Below, piece after piece: positions 24,471 through 39,400 of a DNA stretch of 64,000 nt; positions within the stretch are counted from its first letter, which is position 1, and each line of letters begins with the position of its first letter. The stretch is from Catajapyx aquilonaris (taxonomy: Eukaryota): positions 1 through 64,000 of the forward strand of contig JYFJ02001009.1 of assembly GCA_000934665.2 (NCBI GenBank), read 5' to 3'. The notes beneath the pieces are model-generated. The model was given only the letters and a program-made list of their open reading frames with translations, ran no database searches and was not told the origin of the DNA. Made by a program: the position numbers and the translations under genes.

Positions 24471-27400
24471 TGAATAAGAATAATATAGGCAAATAGTCTT
24501 AACGTGCAAACAACCCACCGGTGGGGTCAGTGGGGTACTCTGCCAGCAGCGGGGAGCTGAGGTAGTTGGCGTAGTCTGCAGCCGCTGCCGCTGCATAGGG
24601 TGCATAGAGCAGGCCGGCATCTGCTGGAGCGATGAGCGGGGGTGGTCCAGACCCGTTGAGGAGGGATGCAGCGCTGGTTGGCACAGGGATGCGGGGCGAG
24701 AGGATTAATGGCGCCCCAAGCGGAGCAGTGGGCCGCATGGGGGCTGTCAACCCAGGGACGCCCTGCGTGAGTAGCCTGGGTGCCTCTGCCGCCAGGTCCC
24801 AACTGCCGTCATCTGTGTGGTACACGCACAGGGTGGGGGACCACCCGTTAGTTGACCAGGGTTGGCTGCACGATGGGTCAACTGCTTGGCACAAATTAAA
24901 TTTTGGGGAGGGAAGAGAGGGGTGCATAACATACCGGACCTGCAGGAGCTAATGTTCCAGCACATCATTGGGATAAGGAAATGAAAAAAAAAAAAAAAAA
25001 ACCTGCCCTGCAGTACGCTAACAAATCACTCAAGGAGAGAGAAACTGTTTAATTACTCCCGGCATGTGATAAACATGGCAGGTTAATAATTCCGAAATTG
25101 AGGTAATTGTGGTTGTCAGACCACACAGCAGGTTCTGTCCCTCCTCTTGTTCTTCACAATAACTCAAAAGGCGTAAAAACATACTGTCCAGAGCAGGTTT
25201 TTGAATATACAAGGCACAAGACATCTCTGGCCACATAAGGAAGGACCACCCACAATATTTGTAATGGGCTATATCTAGATTGAACTTACAGGTGAAAGCA
25301 TTTGAATTATAAGCTCTTATTACATTTTTGAACACCTGGTTCACTGACCTATTGAGAAGATAGCCCATACAAACCATGTGTGTGCCATGCAGTTATGTGT
25401 GATCCAACCCCCATATAGCTCACTGCAAGCAATTAAGCGCAGTGGCTCAATAGACTGCAATTACCCACTTACAGATTGCATTTTTGGCAGTGGAGTCCCT
25501 GTATGTGCCGTTGATGATGGCCAGCTCCATCAGCTGCCTCTTCTTCAGCTCATCCTCACCATCAGCCTGCAAGAAATTGGTCTGCGTTACAATCTGCACA
25601 GGTATCAAAGTTTTTGGACATTCCCAGCATCACTGGACCCGACATGTTTCCCCCCCACCCACCCGTCTAATTGGAATAGGCACTACAAACTGTCATCTGA
25701 CAGAGCGGTATCAGGCCAAGCCCTACACAACTTTTCAATCTTCTGCCAGTGGATGCATGCGATAATGCAGCATTAATCCTTGGCAGGAAACCTGGACTGC
25801 CTGCAGCCTCTCTGCCCTTTTTCCTCCTCTGTAAAACATGGGGTTTCACTTTGACTGATTTCTAGAGAGCAAAGAGTTTACCTTGCATCAATCTTTGCCC
25901 CGCTCCATAACTCTCTTCCTTGAAGTTTTACAGTATTCCTGCTCATCTTATCTGAAGAGCTGTACTATTCGGATCTCTCAGTCAACGTGACATATGAAAA
26001 AGGGTGTGGATCGGCCCCCCTCTTGTAACCCACCAGGCAAGAGCTGGATCCTCCAGAGGTCAAGGCTGACCTGGGCAAGGCCAAGTACTTCTTGTGTGGG
26101 TCGCCCAGGGGCCACAAGCAGTACAAACCTGACCCAAGCCAGACTAGTTCCCCCCCTCATAGGAAGTACCAGTGTTCCTCGGGCTAACCATGCAGCATCT
26201 TGCATATAAAACTGGCGACATTTACTGGTCGTTTTTACAGCTCGGAATTTACTGCCAGATGCGTAATAAGGACAAGGACAATATTTTTCTAGCATGATGC
26301 CTAGTGTGCCCAAACGATTTTGTCTCGCATGTGGGGGCCCCCCCCGTGATTTATTTCGCAGTGGCTCGTTTAATTAGCATCTCGACGATTCCAGGAATAT
26401 TTTTGAAGGGCGCCCTGCAATTAACCGGGTGTACTTCCTCTTCACACCTACCAACTAATTCGCTAATGGACCGCATCATTTGCATTTTTCACGCCGCGAT
26501 ACGCATCGGAACTAAACGACCTAAGCTGTTTTAGACATAATCCGGGTCATCCCAAGGTCCTCCATTATTTATTTTAAAAACTAGGCACCAATCAGCCAAA
26601 AAAAAAGGCAAAATTGACAGGCGAACCAGGCAGCGACATCCGACGGAAGAGTACCGAAGTAAGACGGTGTGGAGGTGGCGCCCGCGCGGCCGGAACGGCG
26701 TTTATGGGAACTTCGTGGTGGTTGGGTTTTTAAGGCGGTGGACGTTTTTTTGCGTTTTATAAATTCCCTGGACACTACTTCCAAAAAACAAAAATGTATT
26801 GCAAATATAAGACACGCGGCCTAAATTTTAACATCACTTCCAATGCTGTAGGCCATACACAGCGGGAGGAATCGCCATCACAGTTATAGATGTACCCTTT
26901 TTAAAAAAACGGCTTTCTCGACATCCACACAACCGAGTGTGAGAACTCCCCCACATCCTGTGGTAGATACCACGGTTCTCTTTCCCAAAAGAATCAGAAG
27001 CTCACCCTTTCACCTGAACTTCCCTCCCAACAGGTTATGTCACCACAAACGACAGCCCGGATCTGTCACTTTCCAACCTCTGAACCTGTCTCACAATCAA
27101 CAAAAAAAAAGAACCGCCAAGAAGCCAACACAACATCCGATATCCTCCATGAAAATTAGGAAGAGAAAGGAACATTCTTCTCTCTTCCACCAAGCCCGGA
27201 TACGGCTCCCCCCCAAGAATAGAAAAGGCGACATGGAGACTGGCTGAAGTTTCTCCCCGCCTTGCAAAAATGGGCAAAAACCGATGACTAAAAAGCCTGC
27301 CCGGGTCAAAGACCACCCCTGGCGTAAAGTACCGCGAAAAAGTGCCAAGCCATCTTGAGATTTTCTTTTTCCTTTTCCCCCCGCTTTTGTCCTTGGGAGG

Positions 27401-30400
27401 CTAAAGACGTGACTATTTAATTCCTTATTTTGCCCGCACACACTCGGGAGGTCCCCCCAACACATTCTGCGAATCGGCCACGTACGCTTGTGAGTTAACA
27501 TACGGGACGATGCCCGCGAATGGGGCGAAACCCCTCACATGGAAGGGGACGAAGCCCAACTGCCGGACGCTGAAAATGTTCCGGAAGAAAAAAACTGGGG
27601 CATCACCCTGGAGTCGACCACACCATAAGACACGCCTTTGCTTTCTTTTATGGTGATGTCCGCTGCAGGGAAACGTCCATCCGCGACATTCAACAATCGG
27701 GTTCCGATCAATTATCCAATTTCGCTCTTCCATGTAAGGAAGGGTGCCCACCCTCGAGGCCGCACCATCCTGTAAATGTCGACCCAAACTCTCATGGCGC
27801 GGTGGTGCTCTAGCACAGCTGAGAACACTCTGTTCCTTCTTAGGGGGGAAGACCTAAATATAGGCGGCCCTTCTCTCTCTGTCACCGGAGGACTATTTTG
27901 GAACCGCCTGAAGATGACGGGTTTGGAGAGGGGGGAACAGCAATGACGTCATTGGCACTCGCTTCATTCACATCCGACCCATGGTAGCCGCCATGAAATT
28001 CCTTCTCATCTCAAGCAGTATTCGCCACTCAATAAAAGTCAACCAAAAATTCATCCATATCAATCTTGAGATTTAACGGGCGCTAGAAGCGATAACTCGC
28101 CGAGATGAATTTTCTGGGACATTACCCGATGGACTGTTGAATTAATAGTTGGTACTCACACTCAGCACACACGAAACTTCGCTTGCATGCCATCAGTCGA
28201 CAGTTTACTACAAGGGGCACCGAAAAGTACAGCTAGAAATTTATGCCAACACGAGCCGGCGGCACTTACGGCACGTACACAACCCTAGCAAACAGGTCTG
28301 GCCCGTACGGTACGACCAGTGTGTACGAGACTACCGGTCTCTCTGGCCTTCAACATTTTTCTATAACACATATACTCACCCACGATGTGTATCCGCTTCC
28401 AAAGCCGCATGCAAAAACAGAGAAACATATTGTCATTTTTAGTGCTTCTAAAAACCGACCCCTCAGGGTGGTGTGTGTGAGGTTATCTCGGAACAGGTGG
28501 CATTAGAAACTTCCCCTTGTCCTCTTAACCGGTATAAGGAAGAAAGCAACAAAGGTGTGTACCGGCATCTCCAAGCCACTCATGAATCAATCAATGTCCC
28601 CTGTCTTATGGTACCCCCTCAAAAAATAGTTCAAGCCAGGCCACGCCCTCCCCAATTTTCTACTTCTACCCATCTGGATCTACTTACCACGGGTACCAGC
28701 AGCTTCTTCACCTCCTCGATGGCTCTCTGTAGCTTCATCTTGGCTCGGTTGTCTGCATCCTCCACTGTTATAAGGACGTGCAGGTCGTCATTGAGGTGCT
28801 CCCAGTTTGGTTTACCCCGATTTTGTTCCTCCTGAAAAAAAAAACAAAAACATACATCATTGTAATACACGCCTTGTGAGACACACTACATATCTTACAT
28901 TGGTTCCATCATGGCAGCTATGCAAATGGAAAAAGAACATTACATTGCACATATCTAATGAGTAGTAAAGGGGGGGGTTGACTTTATAAGATCCGGGCCA
29001 CATCCCGCCCACATGCAAATCATTTCATTACAACCCCCATCATGTCACCCATCAGTCCGATCCAACAGACGCCCTTGGTCACGACTAAAACGGGACGTGA
29101 TGCCTCGCACACACCCCCCCCCNAAAAAAAACACTAACAAACATCCAATCTTAGCTTCTCTCCAGCTTCTTTTTAACCACCCATTTCTCACCCATTCCCC
29201 CATGCACCTATATGATGAAAATCGCAGCCTCCTTCTCTGGTTTTGCCACCAGCAGCCGGATGGAATGAATAAATAACATGGGCTATTAGGAGGAAGGGGT
29301 TATGAGAAGTTGGCAGCCAGGCGCCTGGGAAGCTCCAGCTTTTCCACCAGAGAAGAAGAAAAAAAAATGGGTGCGAAAAGAACATGTCTGGGTCGATGGC
29401 TCTTGCGGGATGCTGCTGCAAGAAGACCTAACCCGGAAGATTCTTCGCCGAGAATTACCTGCCCTAAATTTGGCATCCCCCCTAGCTGCCTCGTGCCAAC
29501 AGCAACCCGAAACAGACAGTTTAAAAAAAAACATAGTCGTTGAATCTAATCAGATCAACCATTCTCCCCCTCTAAAACGACATGGGAGTCATCCGGAACG
29601 TCGAAAAACCGCGGTTTGCATTCCGGTTACTCTGCGGGTGGGCCTTTTCTGGATTTGCACATTGTGGGCTACATGGTCTTGGAAGGTGAAAACTTGAAAT
29701 GCAATAAATTCAATGGACACCCCTTCCAAGATCGCCCCCTCCTTGATCAAGATCCGGATTGCACTTTATCAAAAAGTTAACCGCAACCACACTCGTTCAT
29801 GCCTTGTAAATCCCAAGGATTTTTATTGGCGGTGTTCCTATTACCCACTAGGATTATGGCGAAGGAAAAAAAAAAATCACGGCCCACACCTACATAGCCG
29901 AAAGGGGGTACACGCCCTTTTGACGCTCACCCCTCCAGCGACATTCATAATGCAACAGATAATAAAGTCCTTGCACGGCCGTTTCCAGGTCATTTTCAGG
30001 TCAAACGCGAAAGTCACGCAAATTTAGCATCGGCTCGTTTTCTCAGGAAGAAATTCTAAACCACAATGTTGCAACGGTACATTTTGTGCTCACCTGATTC
30101 GCATTCGTTCTACCAACAGTACGTACCCTATATTATTTAAAAAACAAATCGCGTGAACTTAAACGATGCCATTCGTTTCATTCAAAAAACGTATTACGAC
30201 CGTACACGACATTTCCCCCTCGAAAAAATTACATTTCAATGGTCTGTCATTTTTCAAAAAAAATAAATAGCACAATCTTCTGAATTGAGGCGACATTACC
30301 TGCAAATCCGTCAGTAAAACAAAGTATGTCCCAGTAACCTCCGCAATTTTCTCTGCCTCCAGCGATTCTCGTGTTGCACCCAACTTTGCGTTTTTTTTCC

Positions 30401-33400
30401 CCCCTTCCCCCATCGAAATTCCTACAGCAAGACACTGAATACAAATGTCAGTTCCAAGTTCGACAAAGGGTCACGCCAATTCAAAAGATTTCATTTACCG
30501 AAAATGGACTTGCGAGGGCAGCAACAGCAATTGGAGAAAGCTGGGGGGGGGACATTGGCGCGGCTTTTTCTTTTCTTTCCGAAAGTTGAAAAATCCTAAT
30601 ACGGATATGGAGCGGGTTCGTCCGGATGTTTTTCGCCAGGCTACCCCCCTGAAAGTAATTGCGAGAAAAACCATGTCTGGCACACACACACTGTTGTTAT
30701 CGGTCCGGCCCTGCAACAGTGTGTAACCAGCTATAAAGCAATATAAGCTCCCACGACCTACTAACTGTATAGACGATTGTGATGATCTAGCCTTTCCTTC
30801 TTCTTTTTTTTTTACATCTTCCCAGTTTGCAGATGAGGCAGGTAGGTTTCGAGATGATGACTCGGCTATTCCCCCTTATATTTTCACTTTGTGCCCATGA
30901 AAGGCGAAAATGGCTCCAGGGGGTCCCCCCCTCCTCCATATACAGTGGGTGCAATACTTAAAACTCTCCCGGCAACAATGCAAGCGCCCAATTACAAGGG
31001 ATTGTTTCTTGTCTGCGGTTGGACAATGACTTTCGAGCTGTGCTGCATGTAGGTGACCAAGCTTTCTCGACCAAAATTGAGTCCTCCAAAAACTATTCGC
31101 AAAAATTTTGTCCGGTTGCGTAATACCCAAAAAACCTTCCAGCAAAAACAAAAAAAAAAAAAACCCTGAATCGCTGACTCACACTCTTAGGAAGTGTTGG
31201 ACCTATACAGATGCCAGGAAATTTTTGGCAGCCATGAAAAACACACACGCATTGAGCACACTCACGCATCGCGTGTCCTCGAATAGACACCCCACTTATT
31301 TTTTTTTTTCTTCTTCTTCTTCAGCGACCGACCTGGGAGTCAAGTGGAAATAGTGCGACAATGGGAGTGAGTGACACGGAAAAATCTTGCTAATTTGGCA
31401 TTGTTGGGAGGCTGGCTCGTGACCGTCAATTTTAATCATAACGCCGGTGGTACCCAATCACGACACCACGTTCGAAGGATGCCGTCGGCAAATGTCGCAA
31501 CATCGTGAGAATGTCACGCTCAAACAGGGTGGGAAATAGACCTTGTCTTGCCAATGACAACAGCCAAAAATGGCACATTGTTGACTGACATACACCAAAC
31601 TTGGTTTCAAGCCAAATGTAAAATTTTGAATGCCCAAATTCAACTTTAAAGATTTTATTGTCTCCCCAATTTCCAATTCTGATCATCCAACTGGTTACAC
31701 CGGTGACGGAATCATGATGATACAGGTACCCCATTAACCTCAAACCCATCATGGAAGGTGGAGCCCCTGTTGCACTTTTTTCTGACCCACACACCCTAAG
31801 CATTCGAGAAAACCAACGGCTCACACTGGAACACCTTTAAAAAAATATGGAGAGGGGAAAAAAAAAAACATACTGGTCCACCCGGTCTTCTCAGAGGAAC
31901 CGCTTCATAAATATCTTAGAGACTGGAGCTATGACATTAGCTTGATGGGCGAAACGGGAGCCGAAGACATTCTTTCCGGACCACGTGCTAGATGCGTGAA
32001 CCAATATTTTTCGATAGCGTAAAATTTTTGATGACGATTTTTTTTTCCCCCCTCACTCAGATGAATCCGGATCCAAATCAGCGCAGGGGTTGTCGATCTA
32101 GTTTTCAAGCGACAGGCTTTCTCTCCTGACAATCTTTTTTACCACCCTCATCTCTCTTTCTCTGTAACGTGTTGGAAGCCGCAACATGGGCCCAACATCA
32201 AGAACTATTCGGTCTCGACGTCCCGTACCCAACCTCCCACGGCCTCTTGCACCCTTTCCATCAACTCCTCGATTTTATCTCACCAGATTCCAAATCAAGT
32301 CTGTGGATGGGGACTCGCCAAGGAATACCTCCAGTACTTTTTTTTGGGGTCTCCTCATACTGTTGAACAGGTCTCATGTTTGTACTGGCACGAACGTACG
32401 CATATTTTAAAATATTCGCCCCCTCGTGTCAACCCATTTTTTTGTATACTGAATGGGACAAGGTACGCCGCGGCAGGTGAAAAGTAGAGCAGTCGGACAT
32501 GCATTTGAAAGATGGTGACATCCAAAGCCCTTCAGGGTGTGATGCAGAAGAAGAAAAGAAAAAATCAAATAATTCGACCCCCGCCTGATTAACCCACATA
32601 CCCCCGGCAAACCCAGCAAAAGAACGCCTCTTTATCTGATTGGAGAGAAGGGTTCACGACATCTCAAGCAGTTTTCTCCGCCCCGGTTCATGACTTGTGC
32701 ACGGTGCGAGGATACCAGAATGATATTTCACACCGCGCTGAGTGACCTGAAGACTGGTTGCTAAAGAATGGGACAACAAGTGACCCAACAGGACACGAGT
32801 TTACACACACGACTAGGTCCAAAACATACCCATACACTTCGAATATGTGGGTCTTCTCCACAGTGTACAAAAAACTTGTCTTCTCGATGAGGTAAAATAT
32901 ACGAGACGGCTCTGTTGGGGGGCCAAAACCGCTCGAAAGCTTTCGTCTGTCACATGCATCCTATCCTGAAAATCTCTTCTCATTACCCGGTTACTTATTC
33001 ACACATAACTAATCGCGATGATTAGCTGATTTACGGCTCTGGCACCCGAGACTGTATGATTTACGACGCCGGCGCTTTGGTTAACAAGCGAATTGTCCTC
33101 ACCTTCTTCTTGTCTCTCATGGAACCTCTTCCTCGGACCATGATTTTGCACCCGGTTTCTTGCTCCAGCTGTTTGGCCGTCATCCCCCTTGGACCAAGAA
33201 TCCTGCCCACGAAATTGAACTGAAACGAAAAACAATAACGTCATCAAATTCTGTCGTAAGGTGCTGACTCGAGTTAACAAACTTACATCTGGGTGCTCCT
33301 TGACTGGTACGTACACCTTCTCCGAGAGTGTGACCGTTGGGCCTTGAGGCTCTGGCAGCACCAGGGGCTCCTTCTTCTTGCCATTGATCTGGAACAGGTT

Positions 33401-36400
33401 GCTTCTTACTCGCCCAATTTCTGAAAAAATTACAGAAGAATACAACTGTAGCAATCAGCAGGAGACACACATTTCATATACACGACCGATCACTTTGGAT
33501 CCCTGGTGGCAGCTACTTTTAAAGACAAATTCGTTGCTTGGGTGGGCCAATTCCCAAAACATCGGCGTCCTTGCCCCCATCCAGCATCGGATGTCAGATG
33601 CAACCCGCCCTCAATTTATTCCTCCCCGGGATAAAAACCCCACCCGCCTCGATACATCCAAAAGCCGCCATCCCCATCCATCCCATGCCAAGTTTGCAAT
33701 CACACAACCGGTGCACAATTGGCAAAAAAAGGGCGCGGTTAATCTTGACTAATGCAAACAGGGACCCCGTCTACACCTGCTCTCCTCCATTATTCTCCAC
33801 TCTCTTTCCAAAACCTAATGTGTCTTAGGGCGGAGGCCTACCACGGGTATATTTTTAAAAGAAGGTTTGTATAGTGTGGGTGTGGGAGCGTACCCGTATA
33901 GGTAGGTAGCACGCCTGTCGAGAGAGAGAAAATGGCAACAAAGGCCAACAGTGCCAGGCCAACAGTGATAAAAGACTGCCACTCCCGCCCTGCATCCATC
34001 TTTCTTTTTTTTGTGTGTGTGTCTGTGCTTTTAAACCTTCCCGCCCACACCAGCACGTGCACACACACACACACAAAAAAAAGGAAAAGTGCGCCGCCTA
34101 CTCTTATCCAGAACATGGGATGGACCCAGGTGGAACCCCCGAAGAATGCGCGTGGTTTGCATTTTGTTGCTCGAATGAACACACCCCCATTGCGCTCCAC
34201 GGCTACTGAGCAACACCAGGGTGTTTACATGTTGTGGTAGAGAGATTACACAGCACCCCTACTACCTGATGCCTAACGGAAAGATTAATATCGCTGCCAA
34301 ATTATACAACCCGGATATGTATGCTCGGGATCAAAATTCAATTTTTGTCCACACACCCCCTGTCGCGATCCGCATCGCTATAAAGTGCAACTCATGGAGT
34401 AACCACTCTTGGAGCAGAAGATTTGATGGCCACTTCTGATGAAGGCCTTTTTTCCTCACTTGACGCCTTTAATGTGGGTTAACCCCCTAGGCGACAATGA
34501 ACAGAAGGCGCAAAGTACAGCGTAAATATATCAGACGTTTTTTGGGGGCCAGGCAGATACCCAGCACTTGTTTGACGGTTCTAAAAATCCTCTTCCAAGG
34601 CCTCCTGGAAGAAACACAAGCCAGAAAACACCGAGCTTATTTTGTCTTTTAGCCGACGTGCTAACTTTTCTTTCTTTGCAGCATCAGCTAAACTCCGGGG
34701 GCTTACAGCTCCACCACAATGTTCACTGTATGTGTTGCACACGCGTCATGAAAATTGCAAATTCTGATTGGGGGGTACATAACGGGACAAATTCCTGTCG
34801 GATGTCGTGTTAAATGTTTGAATTATGGCCAATTGGTGGCCTCGTGATTGCTTCGTTCTTTCACACTCTCATCTACCTGAAACTAATTAGTGCGGGTGTC
34901 CGTCTCCGCCGTGAAAAAGAGGCTGCTTTCCTCACGAACTGACCGCAGTGACCACCGCGCAGTGCCAATTGTGACTCTCACACCCACAACAAGATAAAGT
35001 ACCCTGCAGATCAAGTGACCCCTTATGGTTTAAAAAAAAAAAAAATGCGCGGCACCTTTTTTAGTGGTGGGCTTCGTCTGTCCGGCGACTTCCATGGCCC
35101 CAAGCAATACGTTAAGAACCGTCGCCATTTCGTGCCTAAAAACCGCCAAAAAATTCCGCACAATTAAGTAATGGCCTCGGTGCCTGACCCGACCCAAGCG
35201 GACCAGTCCATCAGTCTTGGAGAGCTTCAAACTCGTCCATGCTACACGTCATTAAAAGAAAAAGGTAATTTCCTCCTCCGCTGTTTACCAAATACTGCCG
35301 CCACCGCTTTCACTTCCTCGATTTCTCATTTCCCCCAGCACACCTTCCACCCACATCCCCACATCCATTTTTCAATATTCAAAAAAAATGCGTTTCCTTC
35401 CAAAACGCCTCGTAAATAATCGCCATAGTGGGCGACAAGTCTTAGTCATCCCTACAAAGACAACGAGAGAAAAAAAAACGTGTCTGGAATCTTCTGCCCA
35501 ACCAAGAGGCGCCCAATAAAAATAAAAAAAGCCACGGCTCCTAATTCTATATGCGCACATATGCTGGACGAAACATCCGGTTTGGCTCTAAGAAGACCTC
35601 ATAAACCACACGTTTACACTATACAATGGTGCAAAACCGTCTGAAAGAACCTGCTCAATTTGGGTGGAAAAAAAACTTGGCGCAAAGTGTGGAAACGCCT
35701 TCGAAATTACGCAACCCATCGTATAAAATGTGGTGCAGCGGTGGCACGCTCAAGTCCGTTTCATGTGTTACCGGCCGGCCGTCATTTGGCCCCCGGAACC
35801 AGCGTGACCACTTCCAATGCCTACATATCTATGTCGACACGGATCAGCACGATCCGGACGATTCAATACCGGAATCCATTAAACACGTATAAACGTACCT
35901 CCTGTTGACAAAAAAATATTTGCATTAAATCCTTCTTGTCGCATCTATTATTCCACATGCACATGTGTCCTAAGGAAGTCCCTTGGCCAGTCAACAAGGT
36001 CAGTCGGCACAATTCCAGCCTAAAAGAAAATGTTGTTGGTGTCATCCTGCTGCAGCACGCGCCATGTAGTGTCTATTTCGAAGGCCGACACATCCTCCCA
36101 GTTTATTTACAAGGATGCTGCACCAATATGTCATCAGGAATTAATTGGTCACGCTCTACAAATCCAATAATAGCTTCTCCAAATCCACCCTGCTATGTCA
36201 GCTCAGCTTCCGTTCAGGAATAAGTAACTATAAAACTGCACGTCTATAAAACAGGGTGCGTCTTTCTCATTTTGCAAAAAAATTTCGCCACGCCCCAACA
36301 CCCCCCTAAGGAGACATGACCTCCTGCAACACAACCTGCACCATAAATGCAACGTTACGTTTAAGTAGAGCTGCCTTTTTTTTTTTAACGAAGCGAACCT

Positions 36401-39400
36401 GCCCATTCTTTCCCACAATAAGCTCCCATCTTGTCCCCTAATTTTCTGAACAGCAGCTTAACATCCTGGACTGACAACCCTGCGATTTAACCCAATGAGA
36501 GAGCCTGCACACCACCACAATGGCCCAATTCATTCTGATGGCGAAGGCCTGCCGCCTGGTGAATGGAACGCGGAAAAGGATAAATGAAGAAGAGTCGATC
36601 TGCAATTGAGCCGTCATACCAATGTAACGGGGTATCATGCACTCGTAAAACTTGCAATAAAAAATATATATATTCAGGTGACGTGACTGATGCTGTCCAA
36701 TTTCAGACAATCAATTACCTTAACCGCTCAGCTTTCTTTCCTAAATATGGCGACCCCCACCAAGGGTTATATATACATGTAGGCCTAACAATTGGTTTCG
36801 CGCTTTCACCCACGTGGTTCGGCTCATTAGTAAGGCGCCACGTGATCCTCTAAAAATTGTTGCAGCCCGAGAAGACAGCTTCATTCTTCCCCCCGTGAAC
36901 ACTGATGCCCTTTTGCTCTTAATAGGCACGACTTCATTACAGCGATTCAATCAGCCCTCGACAGCAGCTTCCCAAAATGAAAAGATAAAAAAAAAAAAAA
37001 TCTCTGACTTTCGACGCAATGCTGCTTATAATTGTGCACTGGAATGTCAACGATATCAATGCACGCATGTGGATCAAATGTTTATCGTCATCGTTATACG
37101 TTAAGACAAAATTCCGAGCATGTCCAGCACACTTAAAATGCACAAACCATCGTCAAAAAAAGGTCCTCCGCACCTATCGCCCTTTTGAACCCATACGGAC
37201 AGCCAAATTAATTATACCGAATCAACGGTCAGAGATAAGAGAAATTTTAAATCGCCTTGTTAAAGCTCACAGTCGTTACACCTGATCCTACCTGTCTGCC
37301 TACCAACTACTCGCTATTAAAATTTCCAGCAGGGGGGGTTGTGCTTGGTTGTTTTAAGCCGAAAACCCGTTCCGGCCTTTTGCATCTCCATGTGTTATAA
37401 TAAGAAGCCACGACAAAATAACAAGCTTCCCATATAAAACGCAACGGAAATTCCCAGCAATCCCGGATTGCTGAATAGGACGTGTACACCTGCCGGGCCA
37501 CCATTCCATTATATGCTGATGAAGCTTATATTGCCGAAATACTCATTGTCAAGAGAGCATCACAATTCGTTCAGGTGGATACAAAAATTTATATGTCTCT
37601 TCACGTGTGACTGTACCGCTTATCGATCTCGTTTGCATATCTTATTTATGCGTATCTCGCATGCTTCCGTGCAACTGGATTACCCTCGCATTTAAATACA
37701 CATGTGCCTTCAAAAACCTGCCGCCGACATACGAAAGAAGGCCAGGTTTGCAGTGACACTGATTTAGCTCGCATTCAAACGGTATACTAACCTACACCGA
37801 AATATATAACTGTAAATTTAAGATTTATTCCGGGTGGGGTCCGGTATTATGTTGAATTAAATATGTGGCCTCAAAATATGGCCCGTGTGATGGTTAAAAC
37901 CCCTCAGTACCTCCCACCTCTTGATTTGCAAGGAGTGATCATGCCCACGAAAGGTGCTAATTAACTATTAATTACCGGGGTCCACAAAGGCACACAAAGC
38001 GAAAGTGGCGACCCATCGCACTTAACAATATGCCCTTTTGCCAAAAACCAACTTCCAGGAAACAATTTTCCCCGGCAAAGTGCTGCCCTCCCATGCGCAC
38101 TGCCCTTATAAGTCCAACCCATAGGGTGAAAAATCCGTGGTCTTGCAATTAACAAGTACGTGTCTCTCCCCACACTCCTTAAAAACCGTCCTGGCGCCCA
38201 TCACCGCCTACACTTGGTGCCCTAGTGGTGGTGCTTTTTGCAACCGCGCCCAAATAACCCGCCCAGCTCCGCATGAGAACCGCCTAAATAACATATTCCC
38301 AATTACCCCCCACCAGTATAAGTCATATACGGGGCGGAATAAAACTGAATACTTAAAAAAAAAAATCGCATTTTTAAATTTAGCATCAATCAGTCATCCC
38401 CGGTATATAGGCGCGGTTCTTCTGCCACCTAGTGACCGGCCAGACACGACTAATTAATCATCCGGCGAACCTCCAGGCAATAGGCCATGAGAAACAAAAT
38501 ATATTTCTCCTAATGGGCTTATTCTCTCCGTCTGATGTTTGTCCGACCTGATAGTATCGCTATCTCTCGCACGACCTGAAGGTGGCAGGATTGTCCATAT
38601 AGAGTAGGCGCCATCTAAGCGTGAAAATTAGTACTACGTGGCCATACTGATGCCAAATTTTGGCAACAGATTCTTCGTCGTACAGTTTCCTTCCGTTCTG
38701 ACGTATACTGTACATGAGGCAAAGTCTCCTTCCAAATACCGGTTGCATTATGGGGGGTTTATTTCTGGGTCGCCCCCCTTTTAGTTCGATGCTTTACAGC
38801 CTCCTTGGAACGTTCACCTACATTGGCCCTCCGCCATTTTTAAGACCTCGTATTTTATTGAGTAACGTATTCCAGTCCTGGAATTTCCCGTGATTTCGCA
38901 CACCGGTTCTCCATTTTGGATTGCTTAAAAGACACATCCGATCGTACGTTTTCGCAGGCAATTTCCTACCCGTCCAAAATGGCGACAAATTTCCTGCAGT
39001 GTCCCATTTGTCTTATGGGGCGTCGACATATGAAGAATGAAAAGGAAAAGTTGCCTTTGGGGTCAGTTGCCTATATTCAGATGCATGGCACAGAAGCTTC
39101 GTTGTGGCCAATAAATTGCCAGGCATATAGTTTTGGTATACAAAGCTGCAAAAACCGCTTGCTTGTCATGATCGCGCGCAAACAAAACGGCACAAATCTG
39201 CAATGGTTAGGAGTTTTATGCGCACACGCCCCCCAAACAAGAAAATAAGCAATCGTGATATGCCATCATGATGTCATTAATTTCGACCCTTTTTGTCACA
39301 CCACACCGAGACGACAGCCGAGTTTCATGCATGGGGTGAGCTGTAATTCTTTTGACGAAAAGGTCATAAAATATTAACTCACGAGTTGTGCAGCCTTTCA

